Source: Candidatus Nomurabacteria bacterium
GTDB taxonomy: Bacteria > Patescibacteriota > Minisyncoccia > Phycocordibacterales > UBA9973
Direction: 5' to 3'
DNA: 64,000 bases
Assembly (NCBI GenBank): GCA_963842815.1
Contig: CAWJHU010000001.1
Location: forward strand, 94,497-158,496
Shown here one piece after another: positions 1-9,422 of this stretch. The position numbers and the translations under genes are program-made. Position 1 is the stretch's first letter; each line of letters begins with the position of its first letter. The notes under the pieces were generated by a model. It ran no database searches. It was given only the letters and a program-made list of their open reading frames with translations, and was not told the DNA's origin.

Positions 1-400
1 TTTCTACTCCATAGGCCCCAATATTCTGTACAGGAGCGGCTCCCACAGTCCCAGGAATAAATGACAAATTCTCAATACCCCAATATCCGCGATTAACTGC
101 AAACATCATCAGGTCATGCCACATTTCTCCGCCCATGGCTTTTATAAAAACGTTTTCGGAATCTTCTTTGATTACTTCTATGCCTTTCAATTTATTCAAA
201 ACAACCATGCCCTTAAAATCTTTGGTAAATAAAATGTTGCTTCCTCCGCCCAAAAATAATTTTTCATTATTTTTAAATTCCGGAGATGAAAAAAGTTCTT
301 TCAAATCGGATTCGTTGTTCAATTCGACGAAAAATTTCGCCCGGACGAATATTCCGAAGGTGTTCAATTTGGTCAAATCATAATTTTTCTTGATTTCCAT
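1..400 (-). CDS. murB: UDP-N-acetylenolpyruvoylglucosamine reductase MurB, N-terminal part (gene runs off the window start)
   Basis: Minus-strand translation from ATG at 398-400 gives MEIKKNYDLTKLNTFGIFVRAKFFVELNNESDLKELF...LFLGGGSNILF...NLSFIPGTVGAAPVQNIGAYGVE, which carries the MurB FAD-binding signatures. The plus-strand ORF 135..383 is its shadow. Confidence 0.7.
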   Translation of the reverse strand, partial: MEIKKNYDLTKLNTFGIFVRAKFFVELNNESDLKELFSSPEFKNNEKLFLGGGSNILFTKDFKGMVVLNKLKGIEVIKEDSENVFIKAMGGEMWHDLMMFAVNRGYWGIENLSFIPGTVGAAPVQNIGAYGVE

Positions 401-402
401 AA

Positions 403-1791
403 TTAAGTGAAGATAAAAATTATCGTGCCAAGACTAACGATACACAACAACCCTACTGTAAACCATCCCAAGATATTAGCAACTTTTCTATTTTTAAATT
501 GCCCCATCACTTCTTCGTTAGCGCTTAAACGCAGGATAAAAAACAAAATAACCGGCGAAATGACGCCATTCAAAACAGCCGAATAAATAAGGGTTTTTAT
601 GGGGTCAAGCCCGACAAAATTCAAAATTATTCCCAAAAGCATAGCTACTATTATTACTCCATAAAAAGAAGTGGCCTGTTTTAATTTTCTATACAATCCG
701 TCCTTCCAATTAAATGCTTCGGACAAGGCATAGGAAGCCGAACCGGCTAAAATTGGAATAGCCAGAAGTCCCACACCTAAAATTCCGATGGCGAATAAAG
801 TGAAAGCAAAACTGCCGGCGAAAGGCCGTAATGCCAACGCCGCATCGGCAGCTGTTCCTATGTTCGTGATACCACCGGCAAATAAAGTGGCTGCGCAGGT
901 GGCAATAATGAAAAACATTATGAGGTTGGAAAGAAACATGCCGGACCAAACATCTATTCTCATTTTGTGAATATCTTTATTTGTAGTTAAAGCCCGTCGG
1001 GATTCTTCTGTTTTCTCTCCTTTTAGTATTTGCTCTTCCACCTCCTGGGAAGTTTGCCAGAAAAATAAATACGGGGAAATAGTGGTGCCAAAAGCCGCAC
1101 AAATCAAAATAATTTCATCTTTTGAAAAAGAAATTGCCGGAATAACTAAATGCTTGAACACATCTGCCCAGTTGATGGCCACCGAGAAGGCCGAAAACAC
1201 GTAGGCAAAAAGAACCAGAGACAAATATTTCAAATATCTTGAATATTTCTTATAGGAAACAAAAATTTGAAGACAAAGAGAGAGCACAGCAAAACCTAAA
1301 ACCAAAAAAGTGAATCCCATTTGAGGAAAAATGAGCTGAGCGCCCTTGGCCATAGCTCCCAGGTCCGCCCCGATATTGAATACGTTGGCAAAAAGAAGTA
1401 GTGCGGTGCAAAAATATAAAACTTTTTTTGAAAAATGCCTTTTAATGTTGGAGGCAAGTCCGGCTCCGGTTGCGAGTCCGATGCGGGCACACATTTCTTG
1501 AATAATTGCCATTAAAGGGAAAGAAAAAAGCGAAAGCCAAATCAAATTAAAACCCCGGGACGCTCCCATTTGCGAATAGGTGGCAATGCCCGACGGGTCG
1601 TCGTCGGCTGCACCTGTGGTCAATCCCGGACCCAAGGTTTTCCAATATTCTTCCGCTTCTTTTACCGGCTTTTCGTTTCCAATATCTTTTTTTATTTCCT
1701 GTTCCACTTCCACGCCCCTTTCCAACACTTCCGCCGGCGCGCTAAATATTTTTTCCAAGATGCTTCTTTTCATATTGTAATTATGACACAT
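403..1791 (-). CDS. mntH: NRAMP-family divalent metal cation transporter (MntH-like)
   Basis: GPGLTTGAADDDPSGIATYSQMGA...LMAIIQEMCARIGLATGAGLASNIK matches the NRAMP motifs (compare E. coli MntH IQEMSARLGIATGKSLAENIR); multiple TM helices. Confidence 0.8.
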   Translation of the reverse strand: MCHNYNMKRSILEKIFSAPAEVLERGVEVEQEIKKDIGNEKPVKEAEEYWKTLGPGLTTGAADDDPSGIATYSQMGASRGFNLIWLSLFSFPLMAIIQEMCARIGLATGAGLASNIKRHFSKKVLYFCTALLLFANVFNIGADLGAMAKGAQLIFPQMGFTFLVLGFAVLSLCLQIFVSYKKYSRYLKYLSLVLFAYVFSAFSVAINWADVFKHLVIPAISFSKDEIILICAAFGTTISPYLFFWQTSQEVEEQILKGEKTEESRRALTTNKDIHKMRIDVWSGMFLSNLIMFFIIATCAATLFAGGITNIGTAADAALALRPFAGSFAFTLFAIGILGVGLLAIPILAGSASYALSEAFNWKDGLYRKLKQATSFYGVIIVAMLLGIILNFVGLDPIKTLIYSAVLNGVISPVILFFILRLSANEEVMGQFKNRKVANILGWFTVGLLCIVSLGTIIFIFT

Positions 1792-1805
1792 TTAAAGCAC
1801 TGATT

Positions 1806-2816
1806 CTAATGTTTAGAACTTGCCCGCTCTAGTCTGTCCATAATTGCTACACCAAGGCCTTTTGAGAGGAATTTTTGGCAAAGAATGACATCCACATCGC
1901 GCGCATCAAAGAATCGTAGGGCGCTGTATAGGTTTTTTGATATTTCTTCCAAATTATTTTCATCACCCAAGACAAAAATATTCGGCAGATATTTTTCAAA
2001 AAGATTTTTATTTTGCTCAGTTGCCATAATCCCGACTTTTAAATTTTTATTTTTTAGAATTTCTGCCTGATTTTTCATTTCCTTTTTTGAAACAATTTCC
2101 AATTTGGCTTTGGGCGCATAATGCCTGTATTTCGTGCCCGGAGAAGCCTGCAAATCATTTTTATTTTTCGCAAAAACAACCGACAGAGAAATAACTTTTT
2201 CTATCATTTCTTTTGTGATTTTCCCCGGTCGGAGAATCAGAAGACTATCGTCATTTATTTTTACCACAGTCGATTCTACTCCGATATTTGAAGGCCCCGT
2301 ATCAATAATCATTTCTATTTCCCCGGATAAATCGTCATAAATATCTTGTCCTGTTGTTCCGCTCGGCCGGCCAGAAATGTTTGCCGACGGCGCGGCGATA
2401 GGTACGCCAGCCAATTTAATAAGTTCGTGTGCAAAAATATTGGACGGCATTCGCACAGCAATAGTCGGAAGCCCTCCGGAAACAATATTAGAAATATCTT
2501 TTTTCTTTTCAAAAATAATAGTGAGCGGACCCGGCCAAAATGCGTCTATTAATTTTTTTTGATTTTCTGAAACATTATCCGTTAGTTTTTTCAACTGTTC
2601 TTTTTCGCCAACGTGCACGATTATTGGATTGTCGCTGGGCCTGCCTTTAGCCAGAAATATTTTTGCCAAAGCTTTTTCGTCAAAAACATTCGCTCCCAAC
2701 CCATATACTGTCTCCGTCGGGAAAACCACCAATTCTCCATTTTTTATAATGTTTGCCGCTTTACTCAAAACTTCTTTACTATTTTGTTCCGTAATTTTAA
2801 CAATTTCCGTTTGCAT
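1806..2816 (-). CDS. tsaC: L-threonylcarbamoyladenylate synthase Sua5/TsaC (with C-terminal Sua5 domain)
   Basis: VVFPTETVYGLGANVFDEKALAKIFLAKGRPSDNPIIVHV is the YrdC/Sua5 signature; the 336-aa length fits the long Sua5 form. Confidence 0.85.
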   Translation of the reverse strand: MQTEIVKITEQNSKEVLSKAANIIKNGELVVFPTETVYGLGANVFDEKALAKIFLAKGRPSDNPIIVHVGEKEQLKKLTDNVSENQKKLIDAFWPGPLTIIFEKKKDISNIVSGGLPTIAVRMPSNIFAHELIKLAGVPIAAPSANISGRPSGTTGQDIYDDLSGEIEMIIDTGPSNIGVESTVVKINDDSLLILRPGKITKEMIEKVISLSVVFAKNKNDLQASPGTKYRHYAPKAKLEIVSKKEMKNQAEILKNKNLKVGIMATEQNKNLFEKYLPNIFVLGDENNLEEISKNLYSALRFFDARDVDVILCQKFLSKGLGVAIMDRLERASSKH

Positions 2817-2828
2817 AGAAAAAGTTTA

Positions 2829-3323
2829 TTATTTTAATTTTTTAATAAATTTTTCTTCTATATCCTTGTCATGATGAAGTAAAAAATGGCAATTATGACA
2901 AAGCCAGGCTAGGTTTAAAACGGAATTATTTTTTCTATCGTGGTCAATGTGATGCACTGCCAATACTCTAACATCTTTTGTTCCACAAATCCCGCAAATT
3001 TTAGGAACTTTATACCTATTTAATACACTTCTATACGCAAATTTTCCCTCCTTCCAATTTGCGTGCTTGGGGCCAATAAAAACAGTATTCCGCCATTTTG
3101 TTTGGCAAGATTTTGTACAAAAATAAGTTTTGCTTTTGGAAACACGCAATGCTTTCTTCGTTTTATATACTTCCTTGCCACAAGAATGACAACTCACTAT
3201 TTTCCCAGTTCTACTACCGATACGCATACATTCTTGGGAACAATATTTTGCATGTCCTCTTTTCAGAAAAAAGGGCTTGCCATAGAATTTCTTTGAACAA
3301 ATTTTGCATTCAACTATAGGCAT
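2829..3323 (-). CDS. HNH endonuclease with several CxxC zinc ribbons, free-standing
   Basis: The C-terminus LAVHHIDHDRKNNSVLNLAWLCHNCHFLLHHD is an HNH motif; N-terminal repeated CxxC...CxxC pairs. Confidence 0.6.
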   Translation of the reverse strand: MPIVECKICSKKFYGKPFFLKRGHAKYCSQECMRIGSRTGKIVSCHSCGKEVYKTKKALRVSKSKTYFCTKSCQTKWRNTVFIGPKHANWKEGKFAYRSVLNRYKVPKICGICGTKDVRVLAVHHIDHDRKNNSVLNLAWLCHNCHFLLHHDKDIEEKFIKKLK

Positions 3324-3536
3324 CTAGTAATTTTACCAAGGAAAATGCTAGATGTAAAATATACGGCTTGTGGATTAAAACCACAGAGCCAGTCTTTAAT
3401 AATAAACTTTTTATTAATTGGGAGACATGTGAGATTCGCACTCACGATAACTCCTCCACAGGGAGCTGTGTTACTACTACACTAATGTCTCCATACAAAG
3501 GTATTTATACCAAAAAATATAGACAAATGCTACTTT

Positions 3537-4091
3537 TTATTTGTAGTCCGGACTCTCTTCCCTTATGCCGGATTTATAGTTTGCCAGCCTGGCTAGGGCA
3601 TAAAGAAGGCTGGAAAGACGATTTAAGTATGCCAGAGTAGATTCTTTTACGGAAACTTTGCCTTCTTCTTTCACTTCCACCACTCTTCTTTCCGCCCGGC
3701 GGGAAATAGTGCGAGCAATGTCAAAAACGGTAGCCAATTCAGTGCCCCCAGAAATGAAAAAAGATTTTATCGGAGGCAATTCTTTTTCAATGTAATCTAT
3801 TATGACTTCTATTTCTTTTATTTTTTCTTCATCAATGGACATGGAGGCTCCGGCCAATTCCGCCTGGACAATAAATAAATTTTTTTGAACTTCGTGGATT
3901 GTTGAATCTATTTTTATATTCCCCGATGTTTTAAGTTCTTCTCTTTTTGCTTTTATCTTGCAAAATCCCAGAAAAGAATTTATTTCATCCAGTGAACCCA
4001 GGGCTTCGGCAATGACGGAACTTTTGGAAATCCGCTGGTCGCATCCGAATGTTTTAGTTGTTCCCTTGTCTCCCTTTCTGGTGTAAAACAT
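3537..4091 (-). CDS. ATP:cob(I)alamin adenosyltransferase, PduO-type (MMAB family)
   Basis: N-terminal MFYTRKGDKGTT matches the PduO-type TRxGDxGxT signature; size about 184 aa. Confidence 0.65.
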   Translation of the reverse strand: MFYTRKGDKGTTKTFGCDQRISKSSVIAEALGSLDEINSFLGFCKIKAKREELKTSGNIKIDSTIHEVQKNLFIVQAELAGASMSIDEEKIKEIEVIIDYIEKELPPIKSFFISGGTELATVFDIARTISRRAERRVVEVKEEGKVSVKESTLAYLNRLSSLLYALARLANYKSGIREESPDYK

Positions 4092-4102
4092 TTTATAAAA
4101 AA

Positions 4103-4777
4103 TTAACGTTTTATAATCAATTCTTCTTCGGGAATATCTTTTTTGAGATTTTCTACGATTTTACCGGCCACATAGTCCGGGCTCATAAATTCTCCATAAT
4201 TTTCCGGCTTTTTTTCATCAAATAAATTGGTTTGCATGCCTCCCGGATAAATAGCCATCACTTTGATATTTTTTCCATTCACTTCTTTTCTGAGAGATTT
4301 TGTAAATCCCATGGCGGCAAATTTGCTTGCACAATAAGCTGTTTCATTCATCTTTCCCTCCAAAGCGCTTGTGGAAAGAATATTTATTATAGAGCCAAAA
4401 CCTTGTTTCCTCATTTGGGACAGAGCTACCTTAGAACCATAAACCACACCGAATAAATTAACCTCCATTAAATCATGAGCTCTTTTCCAGTCCGTTGTTT
4501 CAATGGGCATATGTGGCAACCAAATACCGGCATTATTGATCCAGATATCTAATTTCCCAAATTTTTCTTGAACAAAATTAACGATATTCTGCATTTCATC
4601 CTCTTTCGTGACATCCGCTTTTATTCCTATAATATTTTCTTCCAGATTTTTAAGTTCATCATCATTTTTAGAACACACCACAACCCTTGAGCCCTCTTTC
4701 AAAAAACGAAGAGAAAGGGCTTTACCCAAACCTTTTGTTCCTCCCGTAATAACCACTACTTTATTTTTCAGTTCCAT
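4103..4777 (-). CDS. SDR-family short-chain dehydrogenase/oxidoreductase
   Basis: VVVITGGTKGLGKALSLRF Rossmann TGxxxGxG motif, NNAG motif and the catalytic YCASK (YxxxK). Confidence 0.8.
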   Translation of the reverse strand: MELKNKVVVITGGTKGLGKALSLRFLKEGSRVVVCSKNDDELKNLEENIIGIKADVTKEDEMQNIVNFVQEKFGKLDIWINNAGIWLPHMPIETTDWKRAHDLMEVNLFGVVYGSKVALSQMRKQGFGSIINILSTSALEGKMNETAYCASKFAAMGFTKSLRKEVNGKNIKVMAIYPGGMQTNLFDEKKPENYGEFMSPDYVAGKIVENLKKDIPEEELIIKR

Positions 4778-4800
4778 AAGTTAATTATAGCAAATTATTC

Positions 4801-4885
4801 TGGTGCCCAGGGGGGGACTCGAACCCCCATGCCTCTCGGCGCTACCACCTCAAGGTAGTAAGTCTACCAGTTTCTCCACCTGGGC
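4801..4885 (-). tRNA. tRNA-Leu (anticodon GAG), long variable arm, CCA encoded
   Basis: Reverse complement GCCCAGGTGGAGAAACTGGTAGACTTACTACCTTGAGGTGGTAGCG...GGTTCGAGTCCCCCCCTGGGCACCA folds into a cloverleaf with a 7-bp acceptor stem, anticodon loop CTTGAGG and T-loop GGTTCGAGTCC. Confidence 0.8.
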
Positions 4886-4899
4886 AAAACAAAGGGTTT

Positions 4900-5304
4900 T
4901 TATTTTTCTACCTTTTCTGTTTCTTCGTCATCGTCCGCAACGAATGAGCGTAATTTTCGGCGAACGTCTTTTACTGCCTTGGCGCGAACATAGTAAAGTT
5001 TTGATTTGCGAGCTCGAGATTCTTTGGTAATTTCAATTTTATCAACAGCTGGAGAATAGAGCGGAAAAATTCTTTCCACCCCGACCCCGGAAGCAACCCT
5101 TCGGACAGTAAAAGTCGCCCCGATTTCTGTACCATGTTTGCGAGCTAAAACTATGCCTTCAAAAGCCTGAAGTCGTGTCTTCCCTTTTTCATCCAAGACT
5201 TTAGACCAAACACGCACCGTGTCCCCGGCGTTAAATTTAAGCTTTTTTCTTTCTTCAACATTAACAGAAGTAAGTTTCGTTTTATCTATTTTATTTCCTG
5301 CCAT
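4900..5304 (-). CDS. rplS: 50S ribosomal protein L19
   Basis: GDTVRVWSKVLDEKGKTRLQAFEGIVLARKH...VRRVASGVGVERIFPLYSPAVDKIEI is a typical L19 sequence. Confidence 0.9.
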   Translation of the reverse strand: MAGNKIDKTKLTSVNVEERKKLKFNAGDTVRVWSKVLDEKGKTRLQAFEGIVLARKHGTEIGATFTVRRVASGVGVERIFPLYSPAVDKIEITKESRARKSKLYYVRAKAVKDVRRKLRSFVADDDEETEKVEK

Positions 5305-5360
5305 AATCGTTTTAATCTAACATAAACGAATTTCAAAGGCAAATTTGGGTTTTTATAAAA

Positions 5361-6023
5361 TTATTTCAACATTTTCTCAAATTCTTTAGGCAGAGGTGAT
5401 TCTACTTTAGTTTTTTTACCTTTTAAGTCTTTAAATTCTATGGACTTCGCGTGAAGTGCCAGTCTTTTAAAACCCTTTGGACAGGGCTTGCCCGGATTAT
5501 AAAGAGAATCACAGGCCACTGGATGATTTATAAATTTCATATGCACTCGTATTTGATGCGTCCGACCGGTTTTAGGGTGAATTTCTAAATATGAAAATTT
5601 ATTTTTTGAATCTTCAAATCTTTTTAAAACCCTGTATTCCGTAATAGCTTCCCGAAGTTCTCCCCTCACCCCGCGGCCGGCCAGATGCCGACGAAAATCT
5701 TTCGGACTTCGGCCAATGGGTTTGTTTATAGTATCGTGGTCATTTTTCACAAATCCCGAAACGATGGCGTGATAGGTTTTTTTTATTTCTCTTTCTTTAA
5801 ATTGATTTTTCAAAAATTCATAGGCTTTTTGGTTTTTCGCTAAAAGCAAAACACCGGATGTTTCTTTGTCTAAGCGATGAACTATTTCTATTTTGGGATA
5901 TTTTTTGATAAATAAATCCAGAATTGTTTTTTCTCTGCTTTTTTGGTCTGGGTGCACCAAAATACCCGAAGGTTTGTCTATGGCTAAAATATCTTTATCT
6001 TCATATAGGATTTTGATTTTCAT
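5361..6023 (-). CDS. RluA-family pseudouridine synthase
   Basis: HRLDKETSGVLLLAKN catalytic Asp motif; about 220 aa. Confidence 0.85.
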   Translation of the reverse strand: MKIKILYEDKDILAIDKPSGILVHPDQKSREKTILDLFIKKYPKIEIVHRLDKETSGVLLLAKNQKAYEFLKNQFKEREIKKTYHAIVSGFVKNDHDTINKPIGRSPKDFRRHLAGRGVRGELREAITEYRVLKRFEDSKNKFSYLEIHPKTGRTHQIRVHMKFINHPVACDSLYNPGKPCPKGFKRLALHAKSIEFKDLKGKKTKVESPLPKEFEKMLK

Positions 6024-6122
6024 TGATTAACCTTTATTTTAACAGAAATTCTTGAAATTTTCTATGAAAAATAAAAACACTCACAGATCATTGACCTGCG
6101 AGTGCTACTTATCTTAACTTAA

Positions 6123-6968
6123 TCAAAGCTTGAGATATTGCGACAAACTGTCCAGCATTCTTTGATAACTGCTGGGGATGGCAACTTCTCCAATAAAATC
6201 ATTGGAGGGGGTGCATTCCTCCATTGTCTCCATCTTACATTTATCAAGAAGAGTGATGGCCTGGCAACTAAAATGAGTCGCCAGTGCGGTGTTACCATTC
6301 TGACGATAGTGTTCCGAAATTGCATAAGCATATTCCGCAGCGTTTCTAGGATCCGTCTCTTTGCATGCTTCAAAAATTTCCTCAAGATCCGTATATCTCT
6401 CCCAAGAAAAAATTTCCGAAGGATCAAACCAATTGCTAATCTCATGTTTTGCATCAAATGTGTTTTTTGATGCGTGGATGAGATTCATCACCGAACGTTC
6501 CTCTTTGTTCGCCGATATCGGAGAATCAATCGAAAAATCTCCCCTGATTGTGCCAGGCTCCGCCAAATAAGGCAACGTATGCCCAACAATTTTGCGCGCC
6601 GTATCAACGGCATGGACACCCTGAAACACCATCGGCATTATGAGACCGGAAGATAAATAACAGAAATTCCACTTCTTTATCTTTTGTCCGATAACAAATG
6701 GATCTTCGCTGCCAAAAGTATCAACAACATTGGCTTTGTACTTTTGACAAGTTTTCAGAGTATTATCTCCTAACCCGCGAATCCAGTCATCCGTACTGGG
6801 GAAATGCCCTTCAAGTTGTTTTTTTGTTGCAAAAATTAATTTGCAAGCAACCATTTTAAGCCCTGGTTGTTCCAGTCTTTTAATTATTTTACCGACCAAT
6901 CCACGTTTTATTGCATCGGTCTTAATAATTACTAGTGTTTGTTCGCCAATTCCTTGTCGATTTTTCAT
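6123..6968 (-). CDS. ndk: Nucleoside-diphosphate kinase with an internal insert and a C-terminal extension of about 110 aa
   Basis: N-terminal EQTLVIIKTDAIKRGLVGKIIKRLEQPGLKMVACKL, then PGTIRGDFSID...NLIHASKNTFDAKHEISNWF with the catalytic His. At 281 aa it is about twice the normal NDK length. Confidence 0.75.
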   Translation of the reverse strand: MKNRQGIGEQTLVIIKTDAIKRGLVGKIIKRLEQPGLKMVACKLIFATKKQLEGHFPSTDDWIRGLGDNTLKTCQKYKANVVDTFGSEDPFVIGQKIKKWNFCYLSSGLIMPMVFQGVHAVDTARKIVGHTLPYLAEPGTIRGDFSIDSPISANKEERSVMNLIHASKNTFDAKHEISNWFDPSEIFSWERYTDLEEIFEACKETDPRNAAEYAYAISEHYRQNGNTALATHFSCQAITLLDKCKMETMEECTPSNDFIGEVAIPSSYQRMLDSLSQYLKL

Positions 6969-7170
6969 CGATTCCTCCTTTTAATGAACGATTTTTAAAA
7001 CCCTTAATGGATTTCTTCTGATGTGGAACATACCACACTCTATAGTTTTATACAAGAGCTGGCAGGGGTATGTTATTATTCTTTTCTTAAATTGTGCCCC
7101 CTCATGGTCTCGGATATTGTAAGGTGAGACGTTGTAAGGGTTTCTTCAGCAATTTTAGTATATCACAATC

Positions 7171-7190
7171 AGCCCTCTCGGTCGGGTCTG
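7171..7190. repeat. Left copy of a direct repeat (AGCCCTCTCGGTCGGGTCTG); putative attL-side boundary of the integrated element
   Basis: Shares the exact GC-rich core CCTCTCGGTCGG plus TCT with 24502-24520, which sits next to the 3' end of tRNA-Arg(TCT); a GC-rich 12-mer is unlikely by chance in this AT-rich DNA. Confidence 0.5.
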
Positions 7191-7294
7191 AAATAGACAC
7201 AATGCACACTATAAAAAAGAGGTGCGTTTTGAAATGCCAACAAATGCCAATAAAATGAACTTTTGAAGATTCCTAAATATGATAGAATCAATTT

Positions 7295-7912
7295 ATGCAG
7301 AAAGATCAAAAACAAAAAATAACGGTCTCTCGTCACCTAAAAGCCATGAAGCTATATTCTGGTGTAAAAAAGATCCAAGATAATTTCTTAAAAGAGATAA
7401 AGAAAAGGTACACGGACTCAATTAAAAAAGAAATAAAGAATCTATTTAAGAAAGTAAATCCTAATAAGGAAGATTTAGAATTTTTCGGTAGACATCTTAA
7501 AGGAGCAGTATTTCCAGATACAAAAAATATAATAATTCAAATAACAAACGATGCTATTCAAAATGAAATAATAAGAAAGTATTCTGAAAGTAATAAAATA
7601 ACAATTTATCTTTCTAAAAGTGGCGACTTGTATTTAGAACCGAAAGATGAACACTGCTATAAAATGGAAAAGGGCTCTATCCGTCATCAAATTATCTTGA
7701 CTCTAAAAGATAAAGATAATCCATATTCAACACAAGAAATAATGAATGATTCCGAGGCAAAAAACACCAGAGCTATCAGAGATGCAATTGGTCATATAAA
7801 TAAAAACGCTGATAAATTCCTTTCAATTCACAATACAGAAACAAGGAGGCTTATTGTAAACAAAAGTGACGGCTATCAGATTAATAATCTATACTGTATT
7901 TTCGAAAAGTAG
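7295..7912 (+). CDS. Hypothetical protein (Lys-rich, no recognisable domain)
   Basis: 205-aa ORF and the first gene inside the putative island; no motif recognised. Confidence 0.4.
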   Translation: MQKDQKQKITVSRHLKAMKLYSGVKKIQDNFLKEIKKRYTDSIKKEIKNLFKKVNPNKEDLEFFGRHLKGAVFPDTKNIIIQITNDAIQNEIIRKYSESNKITIYLSKSGDLYLEPKDEHCYKMEKGSIRHQIILTLKDKDNPYSTQEIMNDSEAKNTRAIRDAIGHINKNADKFLSIHNTETRRLIVNKSDGYQINNLYCIFEK

Positions 7913-8027
7913 CACATGCCGTCTCGGTGACGTGTTAATAATTCTTAAAAAAACCTTTAAATAAGGTGTTTTTTTGATTTAAGTGGTTAGACAACGTATA
8001 GGAGTGTCGTGGTAATTTTTATTAATA

Positions 8028-9422
8028 GTGGTTGTCCCCACTTTTAATGTTTTAAAAAAAATTATGAATACTAAATTTGTAACAAAAACAAAACTTGTTT
8101 GGACAATGACCAAGCGGAAAGTTAAAGATATTCTCCCAGCTTCGTATAATCCGAAAACCATGACAGAGAATGAACGTCGAGATCTTGAAGATTCAATCAA
8201 GGAATTTGGAACTGCTGTGCCTGTGGTTTTAAATATTGGAAGTCGAAACAATTTTCTGATAAATGGCCACCAGCGTCTAATTATTTATGCTGATCTTGGC
8301 ATCGACGAAATTGACGTCATGGTTCCCAGTCGAGAATTAAGCGAAAAAGAAGAGATGACGTTAAATTTAAGATTGTCAAAAAATTTAGGTTCATGGGATG
8401 AAACAAAACTTAAAGACCTAGATATGAACCTACTTCTTGAGGTGGGTTTCGGAGACGATGAATTACAGAATCTATTCGATAACGTAGATGTGATTGATGA
8501 TGAGTTTGATGTTGGAAAAGCCATCCGAGAAACAAAGATAGCTAGAGTAAAACCAGGAGAAATTTGGGAACTGGGAGATCATAAATTACTTGTGGGAGAT
8601 TCAACTTCGCCGGAGCAAGTGCAAAAATTGATGGCCAACGAATTAGCTGATGTCATTTATTGTGATGGACCCTACAATATAGGGTTAAGCTATTCTGACG
8701 GAATTGGCACTAAAGGAAAATACGGAGGAGAATATGGCAGCCATACAAGAAGAGATGAGGCGAAAGATTTTCCAGATTTGAAATTCAAAAATATGAAAAT
8801 GTCGGACAGTAAAACGGTGCAGAAATATACCGAATTCATGGACAGCTCCATAAAAAATGCCATCAGTGTAGCTAAACCAAATTGTCATATATTTTATTGG
8901 TGCGATGAAAAATATATTTGGCTAATTCAAACATTATATGCTCAAAATAAAATTGAGAATAAGCGAGTTTGTTTGTGGATAAAAAATAATCAAAATTGTA
9001 CTCCGCAGGTAGCATTCAACAAAGCATATGAACCATGCGTTTACGGAGTTATTGGAAAACCGCATCTCAATAAAAATATCAAAAATGCTAATGAAATGTT
9101 AAATCAAGAAATTGGCAGCGGCAACCAGGTGCATGAAGAAATCATAGACATGCTAAATATTTGGCTAGAAAAAAGAGATAACGCTCAAGACTATGAGCAT
9201 CCAACCCAAAAACCGGTGACCCTAAATGAAAAGCCATTGAAAAGATGCAGTGCTCCAGGGCATATTGTGTTTTCTGGATTTGCCGGTGGTGGCAGTGATT
9301 TAATCGCCTGCGAACAACTTGGTAGAAAATGGCGAGGGGTTGAGATTGATTTGATTTTCGCTACGGTTTGTATCGACCGTTGGGAAAAATTTACCAACAA
9401 AACAGCGAAACTAATATCATGA
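8028..9422 (+). CDS. ParB-like nuclease domain fused to a DNA methyltransferase (N6-adenine/N4-cytosine, PF01555-type)
   Basis: N-terminal NPKTMTENERRDLEDSIKEFGTAVPVVLNIG...FLINGHQRL is a ParB/Srx fold; then DVIYCDGPYNIG (DPPY-like motif IV) and HPTQKPVTL. The true start may be an internal Met (around 8064 or 8106). Confidence 0.8.
   Translation: MVVPTFNVLKKIMNTKFVTKTKLVWTMTKRKVKDILPASYNPKTMTENERRDLEDSIKEFGTAVPVVLNIGSRNNFLINGHQRLIIYADLGIDEIDVMVPSRELSEKEEMTLNLRLSKNLGSWDETKLKDLDMNLLLEVGFGDDELQNLFDNVDVIDDEFDVGKAIRETKIARVKPGEIWELGDHKLLVGDSTSPEQVQKLMANELADVIYCDGPYNIGLSYSDGIGTKGKYGGEYGSHTRRDEAKDFPDLKFKNMKMSDSKTVQKYTEFMDSSIKNAISVAKPNCHIFYWCDEKYIWLIQTLYAQNKIENKRVCLWIKNNQNCTPQVAFNKAYEPCVYGVIGKPHLNKNIKNANEMLNQEIGSGNQVHEEIIDMLNIWLEKRDNAQDYEHPTQKPVTLNEKPLKRCSAPGHIVFSGFAGGGSDLIACEQLGRKWRGVEIDLIFATVCIDRWEKFTNKTAKLIS

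Noticed and set aside
135-383. Plus-strand 82-aa ORF
   Set aside because: It lies antisense inside murB (minus strand, with clear MurB motifs), so it is a shadow ORF.
710-1803. Several 60-90-aa ORFs on both strands within 403..1791
   Set aside because: They sit inside the NRAMP transporter gene and are low-complexity shadow frames.
9417-9422. Possibility of an alternative genetic code (UGA reassigned, as in some CPR lineages)
   Set aside because: TGA serves as a stop at tightly coupled gene junctions (for example ATGA at 9419-9422 and the res stop at 16317-16319), and Trp is encoded by TGG in conserved motifs, so the standard code 11 applies.
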